64,000 nucleotides of DNA from Squalus acanthias (lineage: Eukaryota). Below the pieces are notes generated by a model. That model saw nothing but the letters and a program-made list of their open reading frames with translations, searched no databases and had not been told where the DNA came from. The stretch lies in NCBI GenBank assembly GCA_030390025.1, contig JASTWF010000328.1:310001-374000 (forward strand). Direction: 5' to 3'. Of this stretch, positions 1 through 12,300 are shown one piece after another. A program made the position numbers and the translations under genes. Position 1 is the first letter of the stretch; each line of letters opens with the position of its first letter.

Positions 1-204
1 TTCTGTTTTTATTTCAGATTTCCCACTTCCACAGATTTGCTTTTGATGCAGAATAGAAAGCCTGTTTCTGTAGGCCGCAAAATGAAAAGATAAAATACTG
101 AAAACTGTCTGTTTGCTTTTAAACTGCCAAACAGAGCAGAGCTATGATAGAAATCAACTTTCTTTCATTGCTGACAGTGATTTGTGGCGATTTTGCAGGC
201 TGGC

Positions 205-235
<31 letters not shown>

Positions 236-3200
236 CAGACAGCAAAAGCTGGTGTGTATGCAGGGCTTGTCTGTGTTCAAGTTATCTGCCGTGTTCATTG
301 GTACTGCAGCTCATGTCTGAAAAAAACAGAAAGTTTACTCCATTTGATCATATTGATTTAATTCCAGACTGCACTGTTGTGGGATCTTACTTTGCCTTTC
401 TTTCAAGAATTTTGTAAAAAGCAAATCTACATATATACATCAAGCCATTTGATATTTTTCTGGACTGGACTTTATAGGGGAATGTTTGTGAGTGTTTCAT
501 GGCACATCCTGCTGTGGGATCTTACTCTCCCCTTCAGCCCAACCCAAACAAAACAAGACATTTTTAAAAAAAGTATATTAAATTTTTTAAATATTTTCAG
601 AATAATCCATTTGATTTTTTTCTGGACTGGGCTTTATTGGGGAATGTGCTTGGGATTTTTCAGAGCAAAACTTGCTGTGCGATCTTTCCATTCATTTTAT
701 TACACTCCAGGCAAACCACAGACAGGCAGACATTTAGTTAACAGAAGTAAAGTATATATATTATTTATTCCTGATTGTATTTACCTCTTTTCACCCTCCC
801 GGGCTGTCATTTCCTCTGGGGGACCCGGATTTCTGGTGCCTTGGCTTCACTTCTTCTTGTTTGATTGTCCTCATCAAACATGGCCGCACAGCCAGGAAGG
901 GACATCATCAAAAATTGACACTCCCAGACTGCACATTTTTCAAAATAATTGTGTGAGTGTCAGTTTCTGCAAATTGCAGAGTATGTGTGAGTGTGTATGC
1001 ATGTGCGTGGGTGTCTGTGTGTCTGCCAATTGCAGTGATGTTACTGTAAATTTTAGTTCAATGTGGGTGGGAGGGAGACTGTGTGAGTGGCAGACAGACA
1101 GTTAGTGAGAGGGAGAGAGACATGAAATCAAAAGGCAAGTAGCAGAATAGAAAGCCTATTTCTGTAGGCCCCAAAGTGAAAAGATAAGATACTGAAAAGT
1201 GTCTTTTTGGTTTTAATCTTCCAACACGGCAGTCATCCCTCTGCAGGCTGGCCAGGCTGTGAGTGTGTGTGTGTGAGAGAGAGAGAGGGCAAAAGCTGCT
1301 GTTTGTGTGAGATGTGGTCTGCTGTCTTATTACCTGCTGTTGTATTAAACCCTATTGATTTCATTCTGGCCTGGTCCACATGTAATGCTGTTGTGTATCA
1401 CTTCATTGCACTTTATTTCATTTCACTTCACTTCAAGACCGACAGTCAGTCAGTGAGATATTGAAAAATGTCTTTGTGGACTGTCTGACATTAAAAGCTG
1501 CACTGGGATCTTTGCATTCTTTTTATTCCACTCTACTCAAATCAAGAAAAGGGCTGGCAGGCTGGCAAGCAGTGAGAGAGACACATGAAATCAAGACAAC
1601 ATGCAGAATAGAAATAAAAACAGAAAATGCTAGAAATACTCAGTATGTTAGGCAGCATCAGTGGAGAGACAGGGAAACAGAGTAAATGTTTCAGCTCGAT
1701 GACCTTTCGTCACAACCTTGCCAGAATCTGACAAAAGGTAATCGAGCTGAAACATTAACTCTGTTTCTCTCTCTCTCTCCACAGATGTTGCCTTACCTGC
1801 TGAGTATTTCCAGCATTTTCTGTTTTTATTTCAGATTTCCCACATCCACAGCATTTTCTTTTGATGCAGAATAGAAAGCCTGTTTCTGTAGGCCGCAAAT
1901 TGAAATGATAAAACACTGAAAAATCTCTGTTTGCTTTTAAACTGCCAAACAGAGCAGAGCAATGATAGAAATCAACTTTCTTTCATTGCTCACAGTGATT
2001 TGTGGCGATTTTGCAGGCTGGCCTGTGTGTGTGTGTGTGTATGATTGAGAGAGACAGACAGCAAAAGCTGGTGTGTATGCAGGGCTTGTCTGTGTTCAAG
2101 TTATCTGCCGTGTTCATTGGTATTGCATCTCATGTCTGTAAATAACTGAAAGTATACTCCATTAGATCATACTGATTTCATTCCAGACTGTGCTGCTGTG
2201 GCATCTTACTTTGCCTTTCTTTCAAGAATTCTGTAAAAAGCAAATATACATATATACATCAAGCCATTTGATATTTCTCTGGACTGGACTTTGTAGGGGA
2301 ATGTTTGTGGAGTGTTTTATTGCATATCCTGCTGTGGGATCTTACTCTCCCCTTCAGCCCAACCCAAACAAGACAAGACTTTTGTAAAAAAAAAACGTGC
2401 ATAATATATTTTTAAAATTATTTCCAGAATAATCCATTTGATTTTTTTCTGGACTGGGCTTTATTGGGGAATGTGCTTGGGATGTTTTCAGAGCAAAAGC
2501 TGCTGTGGGATCTTTCCATTCATGTTATTACACTCCAGGCAAACCACAGACAGGCAGACATTTAATTACCAGAAGTAAAGTATATATATTATTATTTATT
2601 CCTGATTGTATTTACTTCTTTTCACCCTCCCGAGCCTTCATTTCCTCTCGCGGACCCGGATTTCTGGGGCCTCGGCTTCACTTCTTCCTGTTTGTTTGTC
2701 CTCATCAAACATGGCCGCACAGCCAGGAAGAGACATCATCAAAAATTGACACTCCCAGGCTGCACCTCACTCCAAAATAGATGTGTGAGTGTGAGTTTCT
2801 GCAAATTGCAGAGTCTGTGTGGGTGTGTGTGTCATGTTACTGTAAACTTTAGTTCAATGTACTTGGGAGGGAGATTGTGTGAGTGGCAGTAATCAGTGAG
2901 AGCGAGAGAGACATGAGATCAAAAGGCAAGTAGCAGAATAGAAAGCCTGTTTCTGTAGGCCACAAAATGAAAAGATCAGATCCTGAAAAGTGTCTTTTTG
3001 GTTTTAATCTTCCAACATGGCAGTCATCCCTCTGCAGGCTGTGAGTGTGTGTGTGTGAGAGAGAGAGGGGGGGAAAAAGCTGCTGTTTGTGCGAGATGTG
3101 TTCTGCTGTCTTATTACCTGCTGTTGTTGTATTAAACCCTCTTGATTTCATTCTGGACTTGTCCACATGTAATGCTGTTGTGTATCACTTTATTGCACTT

Positions 3201-3875
3201 TATTTCATTTCACTTCACTTCAAGTCAGACAGTCAGTCAGTGGACTGTCTAACAATAAAAGCTGCTCTGGGATCTTTGCATTCTTTTTATTCCACTTTAC
3301 TCAAATCAAGACAAGGCTGGCAGGCAGTGAGAGAGACACATAAAATCAAGACAACATGCAGAATAGAAATAAAAACAGAAAATGCTGGAAATACTCAGTA
3401 GGTTATGCAGCATCAGTGGAGATACAGTGAAACAGAGTAAATAATTCAGCTCAATGACCTTTCTTCCGAACCTTGCCAGAATCTGACAAAAGGTAATCGA
3501 GCTGAAACATTAACTCTGTTTCTCTCTCTCTCCAAGAATGCTGCCTTACCTGCTGAGTATTTCCAACGCTTTCTGATTTTCTTTCAGATTTTCCACTACC
3601 ACAGCATTTGCTTTTGATGTAGAATAGAAAGCCTGTTTCTGTAGGCCGCAAAATGAAATGATAAACCACTGAAAACTGTCTGTTTGTGCTGCTCGGTTTA
3701 GCAGTTTAAAATCAATAATAGCAATCCACTTTCTTTCATTGCTGACAGTGATTTGTGGCAATTTTAAGACTGGCCTGTGTGTGTGTGTGATAGAGAGAGA
3801 GACAGAGAGCAAAAGCTGGTGTGTATGTAGGGCTTGTCTGTGTTCAAGTTATCTGCCATGTGCATTGGTACTGCA
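1..3875 (+). repeat. ~1.8-kb tandem satellite, left array (2 full units plus a partial third; probably continues left of the window)
   Basis: Unit start TTCTG(T/A)TTTT(A/C)TTTCAGATTT recurs at 1, 1818 and 3571 (periods 1817 and 1753), and the whole unit is collinear between copies. Confidence 0.95.
1611..1863. mobile_element. Penelope-like palindromic (inverted pLTR) insertion inside the satellite unit
   Basis: ~105-bp inverted arms (GAAATAAAAACAGAAAATGCT... / ...AGCATTTTCTGTTTTTATTTC). Flanked by direct repeat ATGCAGAATAGAAA at 1601-1614 and 1864-1877. Each arm carries a degenerate CTGAnGA..GAAAC motif. Confidence 0.7.
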
Positions 3876-4600
3876 ACTAATACAGACCCTCAAACTAATA
3901 CAGTACCTCAAATTTATACAGCCCCTCAAACTAATACAGTACATCAAACTAATAGACCCTCAAACTAATACAGTACCTCAAACTAATACAGACCCTCAAA
4001 CTAATACAGCTCCTCAAACTAATACAGACCCGCAAACCAATACAGAACCGCAAACCAATACAGCCCCTCAAACCAATACAGCCCCTCAAACCAATACAGA
4101 CCCTCAAACCAATACAGACCCTCAAACCAATACAGACCCTCAAACCAATACAGACCCTCAAACCAATACAGACCCTCAAACCAATACAGTACCTCATACT
4201 AATACAGCCACTCAAACTAATACAGGCCCTCAAACTAATACTGACCCTCAAACTAATACAGTACCTCAAACTGATACACACCCTCAAACGGATACACACC
4301 CTCAAACGGATACAGCACCTCAAACTGATACAGCCCCTCAAACTGATACAGCCCCTCAAACTGATACAGCCCCTCAAACTAATCCAGTACCTCAAACTAA
4401 TCCAGTACATCAAACTAATACAGCCCTTCAAACTAAGAGCCCCTCAAACTAATCCAGTACCTCAAACTAATCCAGTACCTCAAACTAATACAGCCCCTCA
4501 AACTAATACAGTACATCAAACTAATGCAGACCCTCAAACTAATACATCTCCGCAAACGAATACAGCCCCTCAAACGAATACAGCCCCTCAAACTAATACC
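3876..4600. repeat. 18-bp minisatellite (CCTCAAACTAATACAG(A/C)C-like), ~40 copies
   Basis: Directly visible tandem repeat. It generates the PQTNTD-repeat pseudo-ORF 3739-4452. Confidence 0.95.
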
Positions 4601-4604
4601 CAAT

Positions 4605-5130
4605 GGCAGTGAAGCTGATTTTCAGGCTCCAGCTACTGCAGTAATGGCGGCTGCAATCCCCACAAACGCCCGCGCTCGAGAAAGCGCTCCGGCCGCCGCG
4701 CTGAGATGCGGCTGACACCGCGCATGCGCCCCATGGCCCCGCCCTCTCCTGCTCCACAGGCTCCCGGCCCGCACCGCGCATACTCAGCACACACCCTGGC
4801 TGAGAGTCCGGATCACCGGCGGAAAGTGAGTTTTATGAGGTTTTTTTATATGTAGCGGAGAGAAGCGGGGGCGGGGAGATAAATAAAAAGAAAATACAAA
4901 CCGGAGCGTCCCAGCACCAAGCGGAGCGGATTGAGCGACCGCAGCCCGTTGACTTCTGCAGGGAGCCGGACTGGGGCACGTGATCAACTCCACGGCGGTG
5001 ACTGACGTGAGCTCCGACCAATAGGGAGAGCGCGGGCGGAGCATGGTGGACTGAGCTGGCGGCGGGTTCTCCAACCAATCGGGGTGTCCGAGGGGCGGGA
5101 CTTCCGCCGCCTGCTTCTCCCGCTGCTGAG
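4605..5130. promoter_or_regulatory. CpG-rich promoter module (copy 1)
   Basis: High CpG density; NRF1-type GCGCATGCGC at 4720-4729; CACGTG, TGACGTGA, two CCAAT boxes and a GGGGCGGG box. Homologous to 13780-14380. Confidence 0.7.
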
Positions 5131-5224
5131 ACAAGTGGAATGCAGTAGAGGGCGCTCTTCTGAGTTTCGGGCTCAGGCATGTTAGTGGAGCAGTTCAGAG
5201 GGAACTTTACACTGCACTGTGCTT

Positions 5225-5351
5225 TACTCCCTCAGCACTGCACTGGAGTGGCAGCACAGAGTTTTGGACTCAAGTCTCTGGAGTGGGACTTCAACCCACA
5301 ACCTTCTGACTCAGAGGCGAGAGTGCTGCCGCCTGAGCCACGGCTGACACT
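5225..5351 (-). mobile_element. tRNA-derived SINE 5' head, SacSINE1/DeuSINE-like
   Basis: Reverse strand reads GTCAGCCGTGGCTCAG..CAGCACTCTCGCCTCTGAGTCAGAAGGTTGTGGGTTGAAGTCCCACTCCAGAGAC (A/B-box-like) and resembles the shark Deu-SINE head as I recall it. Confidence 0.7.
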
Positions 5352-5441
5352 CTGTATCTAACCCGTGCTGTACCTGCCCTGGGAGTGTTGGATGAGGCAG
5401 TGTAGAGGGAGCTTTACTCTGTATCTAACCCACGCTGTACC

Positions 5442-5821
5442 TGATATGCAAGAATCACGTGAGACTCTAGAATTGTTTTGTATAATTTTTATTGACATTC
5501 AGACCTGACAGTTTTACCAGATAACAAAGTTATACAACCTTATTCTGGGGAGGTCCACTCAGAGCTGAGGGTGATCAGGACACTGTTGTGGGAGAGTTGA
5601 GGATGTTCTCGTTCTTCTTGCTCCATTGTTGCCCGTGGTTCTCCTGACAATCAGTGTAAGTCTGGATGTTTTATACCCTTAGCTTCCTGAGTCTGTTGCT
5701 GGGCAGAATACAATATGTAGACTTGTTTTTCCAATAGTTCAACAGCTGCCTTATCTCTTCCTTTGTTACATCTCACACTTTTGTAACTGTCACCAGATTG
5801 GGTAAGCTTTGACCTTGAACA
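5442..5821 (-). mobile_element. Possible LTR fragment
   Basis: On the minus strand a TATAAAA (~5670) is followed by AATAAA (~5490) and a terminal CA at 5442. The other end is not defined. Confidence 0.35.
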
Positions 5822-6073
5822 GTCTAGCAGGCCGCAGTCAATCTGCCGTACTGTTCCATTCTGGGCACCGCACCTCAGGAAGGATATATTGGCACAGATT
5901 CACCAGAATGATACCGGGGCTAAAAGGGTTAATTTATGAGGACAGGTTGCACAGACTAGGCTTGTGTTCCCCATGAACCATCAGCTCAACAGGCTGAAAG
6001 ATTAAACAGCAGTACAAAATTTATAAAACATTTTCCCCGTTCACATTACCCCAGCTGTCGGCAGGGCCCTGCC

Positions 6074-6737
6074 CTACAGAGCAGGGTGAACTTGTTGGTG
6101 TGTCAGCAGGTGGGATGACTGAGTGAATCCCTTCCCACACACAGAGCAGGTGAACGGCCTCTCCCCACTGTGAACTCGCTGGTGTGTCAGCAGGTGGGAT
6201 GACTGAGTGAATCCCTTCCCACACACAGAGCAGGTGAATGGTCTCTCCCCAGTGTGAACCCGCTGGTGTGTCAGCAGGTGGGATGAATCAATGAATCCCT
6301 TCCCACACACAGAGCAGGTGAGCGGCCTCTCCATAGTGTGAACTTGCTGGTGTGTCAGCAGGTTGGATGACCGAATGAATCCTTTCCCACACACGGAGCA
6401 GGTGAACGGTCTCTCCCAAGTGTGAACTCGCTGGTGTGTCAGCAGGTTGGACGACTGCGTGAATCCCTTCCCACACACGGAGCAGGTGAACGGCCTTTCT
6501 CCAGTGTGAACTCACTGGTGTGTTAGCAGATCGGATGACCGAGTGAATCCCTTACCACACATGGAGCAGGTGAACGGCCTCTCACCGGTGTGAACTCGCT
6601 GGTGCATGCGCAGGTGGGATGACTGAGTGAATCCCTTCCCGCACACGGAGCAGGTGAACGGCCTCTCCCCGGTGTGAACTCGCTGGTGTGTCAGTAGATG
6701 GTTGGACCGAGTGAATCCCTTCCCACACATGGAGCAG
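6074..6737 (-). pseudogene. C2H2 zinc-finger array, 8 fingers, one in-frame TGA, 5' end missing
   Basis: ORFs 6512-6730 and 6074-6478 share a frame and carry [15 protein letters not shown]...HQRVH units. The stop at 6512-6514 replaces the CGA (Arg) codon. The array starts abruptly at a promoter-module fragment. Confidence 0.85.
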
Positions 6738-6790
6738 GTCCTCCAACCAATCGGGGAGCCTGATGGGCGGGACTTGCGCCGGCTGATTGT
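6738..6790. promoter_or_regulatory. Promoter-module fragment (CCAAT plus GC box)
   Basis: GTCCTCCAACCAATCGGGG...GGGCGGGACTTGCGCCGGCTGATTG is nearly identical to ~14327-14377. Confidence 0.6.
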
Positions 6791-7469
6791 CTGATCCGCA
6801 GGGTAGCGAGTTTCTCCAGTCCCTTGTTCGGGGCCAGGGGAGGCTGTGGGCCTTTATTCCCCTTATTGGACACAAGGGTCTTTGGCTCACATTTCAATAC
6901 AGACTTTTTAAATTCATGAATCAAAGGGACAGGGTCTCTAATTCTGTTGTGCGACAGTGCCTGGGACAGACTGTATCTCCCGCTCTCCTCCACACAGGGA
7001 TTTGTGCTGGTTAAAGGGACAGCGATTCTCCTTATTCTGCGAGTTTGTAATTAACTTTATCCCATATTACAGACTCCAGGAGTTTACCAATAATTCCTCG
7101 AGACTTGGTTTTGATCTTCCAGGCTTCCCTAGATTCTAGAACGGTCCCCGGGGATCGGAAGGTGGCAAATGGAACCCCGCCGTTCAAGAAAGGAGGGCGA
7201 GAGAAAACAAGGACCCATAGGGCCAGTTAGCCTGACATCAGTAGTACGTGCAAAAAAGATTCACAAGGATGATACCAGAACTGAGAGGATATACCGATCA
7301 GGAAAGGCTGAACAGGCTGGGGGCTCATTTCTCTAGAAAAGAGAAGACTGAGGGGTGACCAGATAGAGATCATTCAGATTATGAAAGGGTTTGATAGGAT
7401 AGACGTGGAGAAAATGTTTCTACTTCTCGGGGGAGACCAGAACTCGCAGTCACAAATAAAAGATATGAG

Positions 7470-10400
7470 AGAGAGAAATAGCATCAGTGTAAAGAAAAGT
7501 TCAGAAATAGGAGGAATCAGATGGGGCAAAAGCAAGGCAGACTAAGATGGGTTTGGAGTGCATGTGTGTAAATGCACATAGTGTGGTAAATAAGGTTGGT
7601 GAGCTGCAGGCACAAGTTGCCACATGGGAATCTGATATAGGGGCAATAACAGAGACCTGACTCAAAGAAGGGGAGGAATAGGATCTTAATATTCCTGGCT
7701 ACAAGGTATTCAGGAAAGATAGGGAAGGAAAAAGAGATGGGGTGGCAGTATTGATCAATTAAACTATTACAGCACTGGAGAGGGATGATGTAATTGAGGG
7801 AGCAAAGACAGGTTTGAATTCAGGAAAAATAGAGGCGCTATTACACTACTGGGTGTATACTATAGGCCACCAAATAGTGGGAGGAGACAGAGGAGCAAAT
7901 TTGCAGGCAAATTACAGAAAGATGCAAGAACTACAGAGTAGTGATAATGGGGGACTTCAATTATCCGAATATAGACTGGGATAATAACAGTGTAAAGGGC
8001 AAAGTGGGGAGGAATTCCTGAAATGTATACAAGAGAACTTTCTGGATCAGTGTGTTTCCAGCCCAAGGAGGAAGGAAGCAGCGCTGGATCTAGTTCTGGG
8101 GAATGAAGTGGGGCAAGTGGAGCGTGTTTCAGTGGGAGAGTATTTGGGGGAACAGTGATCATAATATCATCAGGTTTAGAATAGTTATGGAAAAGGACAA
8201 GGAACAATCGAGCGTAAACATACTTAACTGGAGGAGGGGTAACTGCAGTGAGAGGAAACGGGATCTGGCCCAGGTGGATTGGAGTCAAAAATTGGGAGGC
8301 AAAACTGTAAATGAACAATGGGCAGCCTTCAAAGAGGAGATGGTTTGGGTACAGAGTAGACACATTCCTATCAGCGGGAAAGGAAGGGCATCCAAAGCTA
8401 GAGCTCCCTGGTTGACTAAAGATATAGAGATTAAAATGAGACATAAAGGAGATTTATGACAAATGTAAGGTTGATAATACAGTGGGGAATCAAGCTGAAT
8501 ATAGAAAGTACAGAGGAGATCTAAACAATGGAATAAGAGAGGCAAAGAGAGAGTCTGAGAACAGATTTGCAGCTAACATAAAAGGGAACCCAAAAGTCTT
8601 TTAGAAACACTTAAATAGTAAAAGGGCAGTCAAAGGAAGGGTGGGGCTGATTAGGGACCAAAAAGGAGATGTTCTTGTCGAGGCAGAGGGCGTGGCTGAG
8701 GTACTAAATGAGAACTTTGCATCTGTCTTCACTAGAGATGAGGATGCTGCCAATGTAGCAGTAAAGGAGGAGGCAGAAGCGATACTGGACAGGATACAAA
8801 TAGATAAAGAGGAAGTGCTTAAAAGGTTGGCAGTCCCCAAAGTAGAAAAGTCGCCCGGTCCGGATGGGATGCGTCCTGGGTTACTGAGGGAAGTAGGGGT
8901 GAAAATTGCGGAGGCTCTGGCCACAATCTTCCAATCCTCCTTGGATATGGAGGTGGTGCCAGAGCACTGGAGGATTGCAAATGTTACACCCCTGTTTAAA
9001 ATAGGGGAGAGGGATAAACCCAGCAATTACAGGCCAGTCAGCCTAGCGTCGGTGGTGGGGAAACTTTTAGAGACAATAATCCAGGACAAAATTCATTGGC
9101 ACTTAGAAAAGTATAAATAACTGAAAGTCAGTTTGTTAAAGGCAAATCGTGTTTGACTAACTTGATCGAGTTCTTTGATGAAGTAACGGACAGGGTTGAG
9201 GGTAGAGCGGTTGATGTTGTGTATATCGACTCTCAAAGGCGTTTGACAAAGTACCACATAATAGACTTGTTCACATTAGTCCATGGGATTAAAGGGACAG
9301 TGGCAGCATGGATATAGAACTGGCAAAGGGACAGAAGGCAGAGAGTAGTGGGGAACGGCTGTTTTTCGGACTGGAGGGAGGTATACAGTGGGGTTCCCCT
9401 GGGGTCGCTTTTAGGACCACTGCTTTTTTTGATATATATTAATGACCTGGACTTGGGGATACAGGGCATAGACTGGTTAGCCTAACATCTGTGGTAGGTA
9501 AAATTTTGGAGTCCATTATTAAGGAGACAGTAACGGGACATTTGGATAATCATAATTTAATAGGACAAAGTCAGCATGGTTTTATGAAGGAGAAGTCATG
9601 TTTGACAAATTTGCTGGAGTTCTTTGAGGAAGTAACACACAGGGTGGATAAAGGGGAACCAGTGGATGTGGTGTATTTAGACTTCCAAAAGGCATTTGAC
9701 AAGGTGCCACACAAAAGATTATTGCTTAAGATAAAAAATCACGGGATTGGGGGTAATATTCTGGCATGGATAGAGGATTGGCTATCTAACAGAAGGCAGA
9801 GAGTTGGGATAAATGGTTCATTCTCAGACTGACAATCAGTAACTAGTGGTGTTCCGCAGGGGTCAGTGCTGGGTCCCCAACTCTTTACAATCTATATTAA
9901 TGATTTGGAGGAGGGGACCGAGTGTAACATATCAAAGTTTGCAGATGATACTAAGATGGGAGGGAAAGTAGTGAGTAAGGAGGACATAAAAAATCTGCAA
10001 GGGGACATAGACAGGCTAAGTAAGTGGGCAGAGATTTGGCAGATGGAATACAATACTGGAAAGTGTGAGGTTATGCACTTTGGCAGGAAAAATAGTAGAG
10101 CAATTTATTATCTAAATGGCAAGAAACTGGAAAGTACTGAAGTACAAAGGGATCTGGGGGTCCTGGTGCACGAAACTCAAAAGGTTAGTATGCAGGTGCA
10201 GCAAGTGATTAAGAAGGCCAATGGAATGTTGGCTTTCATTGCTAAGGGGATAGAATATAAAAATAGGGAGGTATTGCTTCAGTTGTACAAGGTATTGGTG
10301 AGACCGCACCAGTAATACTGCATACAATTTTGGTGTCCATACTTAAGAAAAGACATACTTGCTCTCGAGTCAGTACAAAGAAGGTTCACTCGGTTAATCC

Positions 10401-11113
10401 CGGGGATGAGGGGATGGACATATGAGGAGAGGTTGGGTAGATTGGGACTCTACTCATTGGAGTTCAGAAGAATGAGAGGCGATCTTATTGAAACATATAA
10501 GATTGTGAAGGGGTTGGATCGGGTGGATGCGGGGAGGATGTTCCCGATGATGGGTGAAACTAGAACTAGGGGGCATAGTCTTAGAATAAGGGGCTGCTCT
10601 TTCAAAACTGAGATGAGAAGGAACTATTTCACTCAGAGGGTGGTAGGTCCATGGAATATGCTGCCCCAAAAAGCTGTAGAAGCTACATCATTACATAAAT
10701 TTAAAACAGAAATAGACAGTTTCCTAGAAGTAAAGGGAATTAATGGTTACGGAGAGCAGGCAGGAATTTGGACATGAGTCGAGGTTCGGATCGGTCATGG
10801 CCCTGTGGGTAGCGTAGCGGGCCCAGGGGCCGTGTAGCCTGATCCTGCTCCTATTTCGTGTGTCCAATTCTGTTAGGTTCAGGAGATGGTTCTGTGATAG
10901 TAGATTGGCGGTTAGGATCAGATCAGCCATGATCATATTGAATGGCGGAGCAGGCTCGAGGGGCCAATTGGCCTACTCCTGCTCCTATTTCTTATGTTCT
11001 TATGTTCTTATGAAAGAGCGGAGGATTGGGACTAACTGGATTGCTCTTCGAAAGTGCCGGCGCAGACTCGATGAGCCGAATGGCCTCCTTCTGTGCTATT
11101 CTGTGATTCCATG
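7470..11113 (+). mobile_element. Degenerate CR1 LINE ORF2 (APE endonuclease plus RT), interrupted at ~9471-11011 by a younger CR1
   Basis: Translations contain [28 protein letters not shown] and [12 protein letters not shown]1-type 3' UTR resumes at ~11013. More CR1 fragments lie at ~7100-7460. Confidence 0.9.
9471..11011 (+). mobile_element. 5'-truncated young CR1 (RT, C-terminus, 3' UTR, (TTCTTATG)n tail)
   Basis: Motifs [26 protein letters not shown] and FADDTK; octamer tail. Near-identical to the reverse complement of ~21809-23210. Confidence 0.95.
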
Positions 11114-11334
11114 AAAACAGAGAGACAATGTCCCTTTAAATATCTAGGTGTTACGCTGAGGTAAGGAGATACATTGTCCCTTTAGTTACAAAGGTGAAGA
11201 CTAAAAGCTCGCAGACTCTTTAACTGCCACAAATACTCAGAGTGAAGAGGAGGTGACGGTCGATGTCCCTTTAACTGCGCCGCACATGCATGTGATTAAA
11301 GGCATTGGAATCAGTGGAATCGAACATCCACAGT

Positions 11335-11397
11335 CACAATGTGGACACTCTGGTGTGTCAGCGGGTGGGATACACCAGGGAATCCCTTTCCACACAC
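11335..11397 (-). pseudogene. Single zinc-finger remnant
   Basis: Translates to VCGKGFPGVSHPLTHQSVH and is cut at 11398 by an LTR-like sequence. Confidence 0.6.
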
Positions 11398-11952
11398 TGA
11401 GGGTGACTCTGATGATCGGGAGTCCGAAGGTTTCGAATACCAGATAATCAAGCTCACAAGAACACAAATTGTCTCTCCAGGCTTTATTAAGAGAGCTGCA
11501 TAATACAGATCGGGTGATAATTCTCTCAATCTGGAGAATAGAAGTACAGTGGATTCGCGCGCGATCTTCTCGAGTCTGTTCCAACTGACAACGGCTTAAG
11601 TGGCCTGTTCTTATACACAAGCTTGGTTACCGCTCAGGAAATGGGATTGTTTGGACCCGTCTGTTGACCGCCTCCTGAACTCCTGCTAATTCGGGGAATT
11701 TAGTCCATCTGTGACCAGACTATAACCACAAGCCCGTCTGGTTATCACACCTATACGGTCCGTGAGGTTATTATTAGATTCACACCCAGACGTTGTGCCT
11801 TTACTTGTCTGGCACTTCATCACATAACATGGGTACAGGGGCTCAGTAATGTTTCATTCATCAGAAAAAGACAACGCACAGCAACATACTGGTCAGCTTA
11901 ACAGAATCTCATCATATTTATGGGGCCATAAATATAAAATAGTCTCTGATCA
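11398..11952 (-). mobile_element. Solo LTR-like element (~555 bp)
   Basis: Minus strand begins TG (TGATCAGAG) and ends CA (GTCACCCTCA), with TATA-like (~11611) then AATAAA (~11483). Its 3' part is homologous to 42960-43173. No TSD seen. Confidence 0.6.
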
Positions 11953-12190
11953 AGTAGGGAATTCAGGAGAAATTTCTTTAACCAGAGAGTGGTAGAATGG
12001 GGAACTCGCTACCACAAGGAGTAGTTGTGGTGAACAGCACAGATACATTTATGGGGAAGCCACACAAGGGAGAAAGGAATAGGAGGAGATGTTAATCGGG
12101 TTAATTGAAGTAGGGTGGGTGTGGGGCATAAACACTGGCATGGACCAGTTGGGCCGAATGGCCTGTTTCTGTGCTGTACATTCTATGGAA
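11953..12190 (+). mobile_element. CR1 3'-end fragment
   Basis: RRNF.TQRV-like coding remnant, then GGGCCGAATGGCCT hairpin and ATTCTATG tail. Confidence 0.8.
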
Positions 12191-12300
12191 CACCATGAAC
12201 AGTCAAACAAAGGGAATCATCAGCACAACAGTCTTAAAGATTAAACAGCAGAACAAGAATTTATAAAACATTCATCCATTCCACGTTCAGGTCACCCCAG

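Noticed and set aside
113..3812. ORFs within the 1.8-kb satellite (also 29446-33561)
   Set aside because: Frames are not conserved between unit copies, and they run through microsatellites.
3739..4452. 237-aa PQTNTD-repeat mucin-like ORF
   Set aside because: It is a translation of the 18-bp minisatellite with its start in the satellite; no independent gene evidence.
5270..5351. tRNA gene
   Set aside because: It is a tRNA-derived SINE head that continues into SINE body; there is no proper cloverleaf.
6512..6514. In-frame TGA as selenocysteine or programmed read-through
   Set aside because: It sits at a CGA (Arg) position of the finger repeat and is best explained by CpG deamination.
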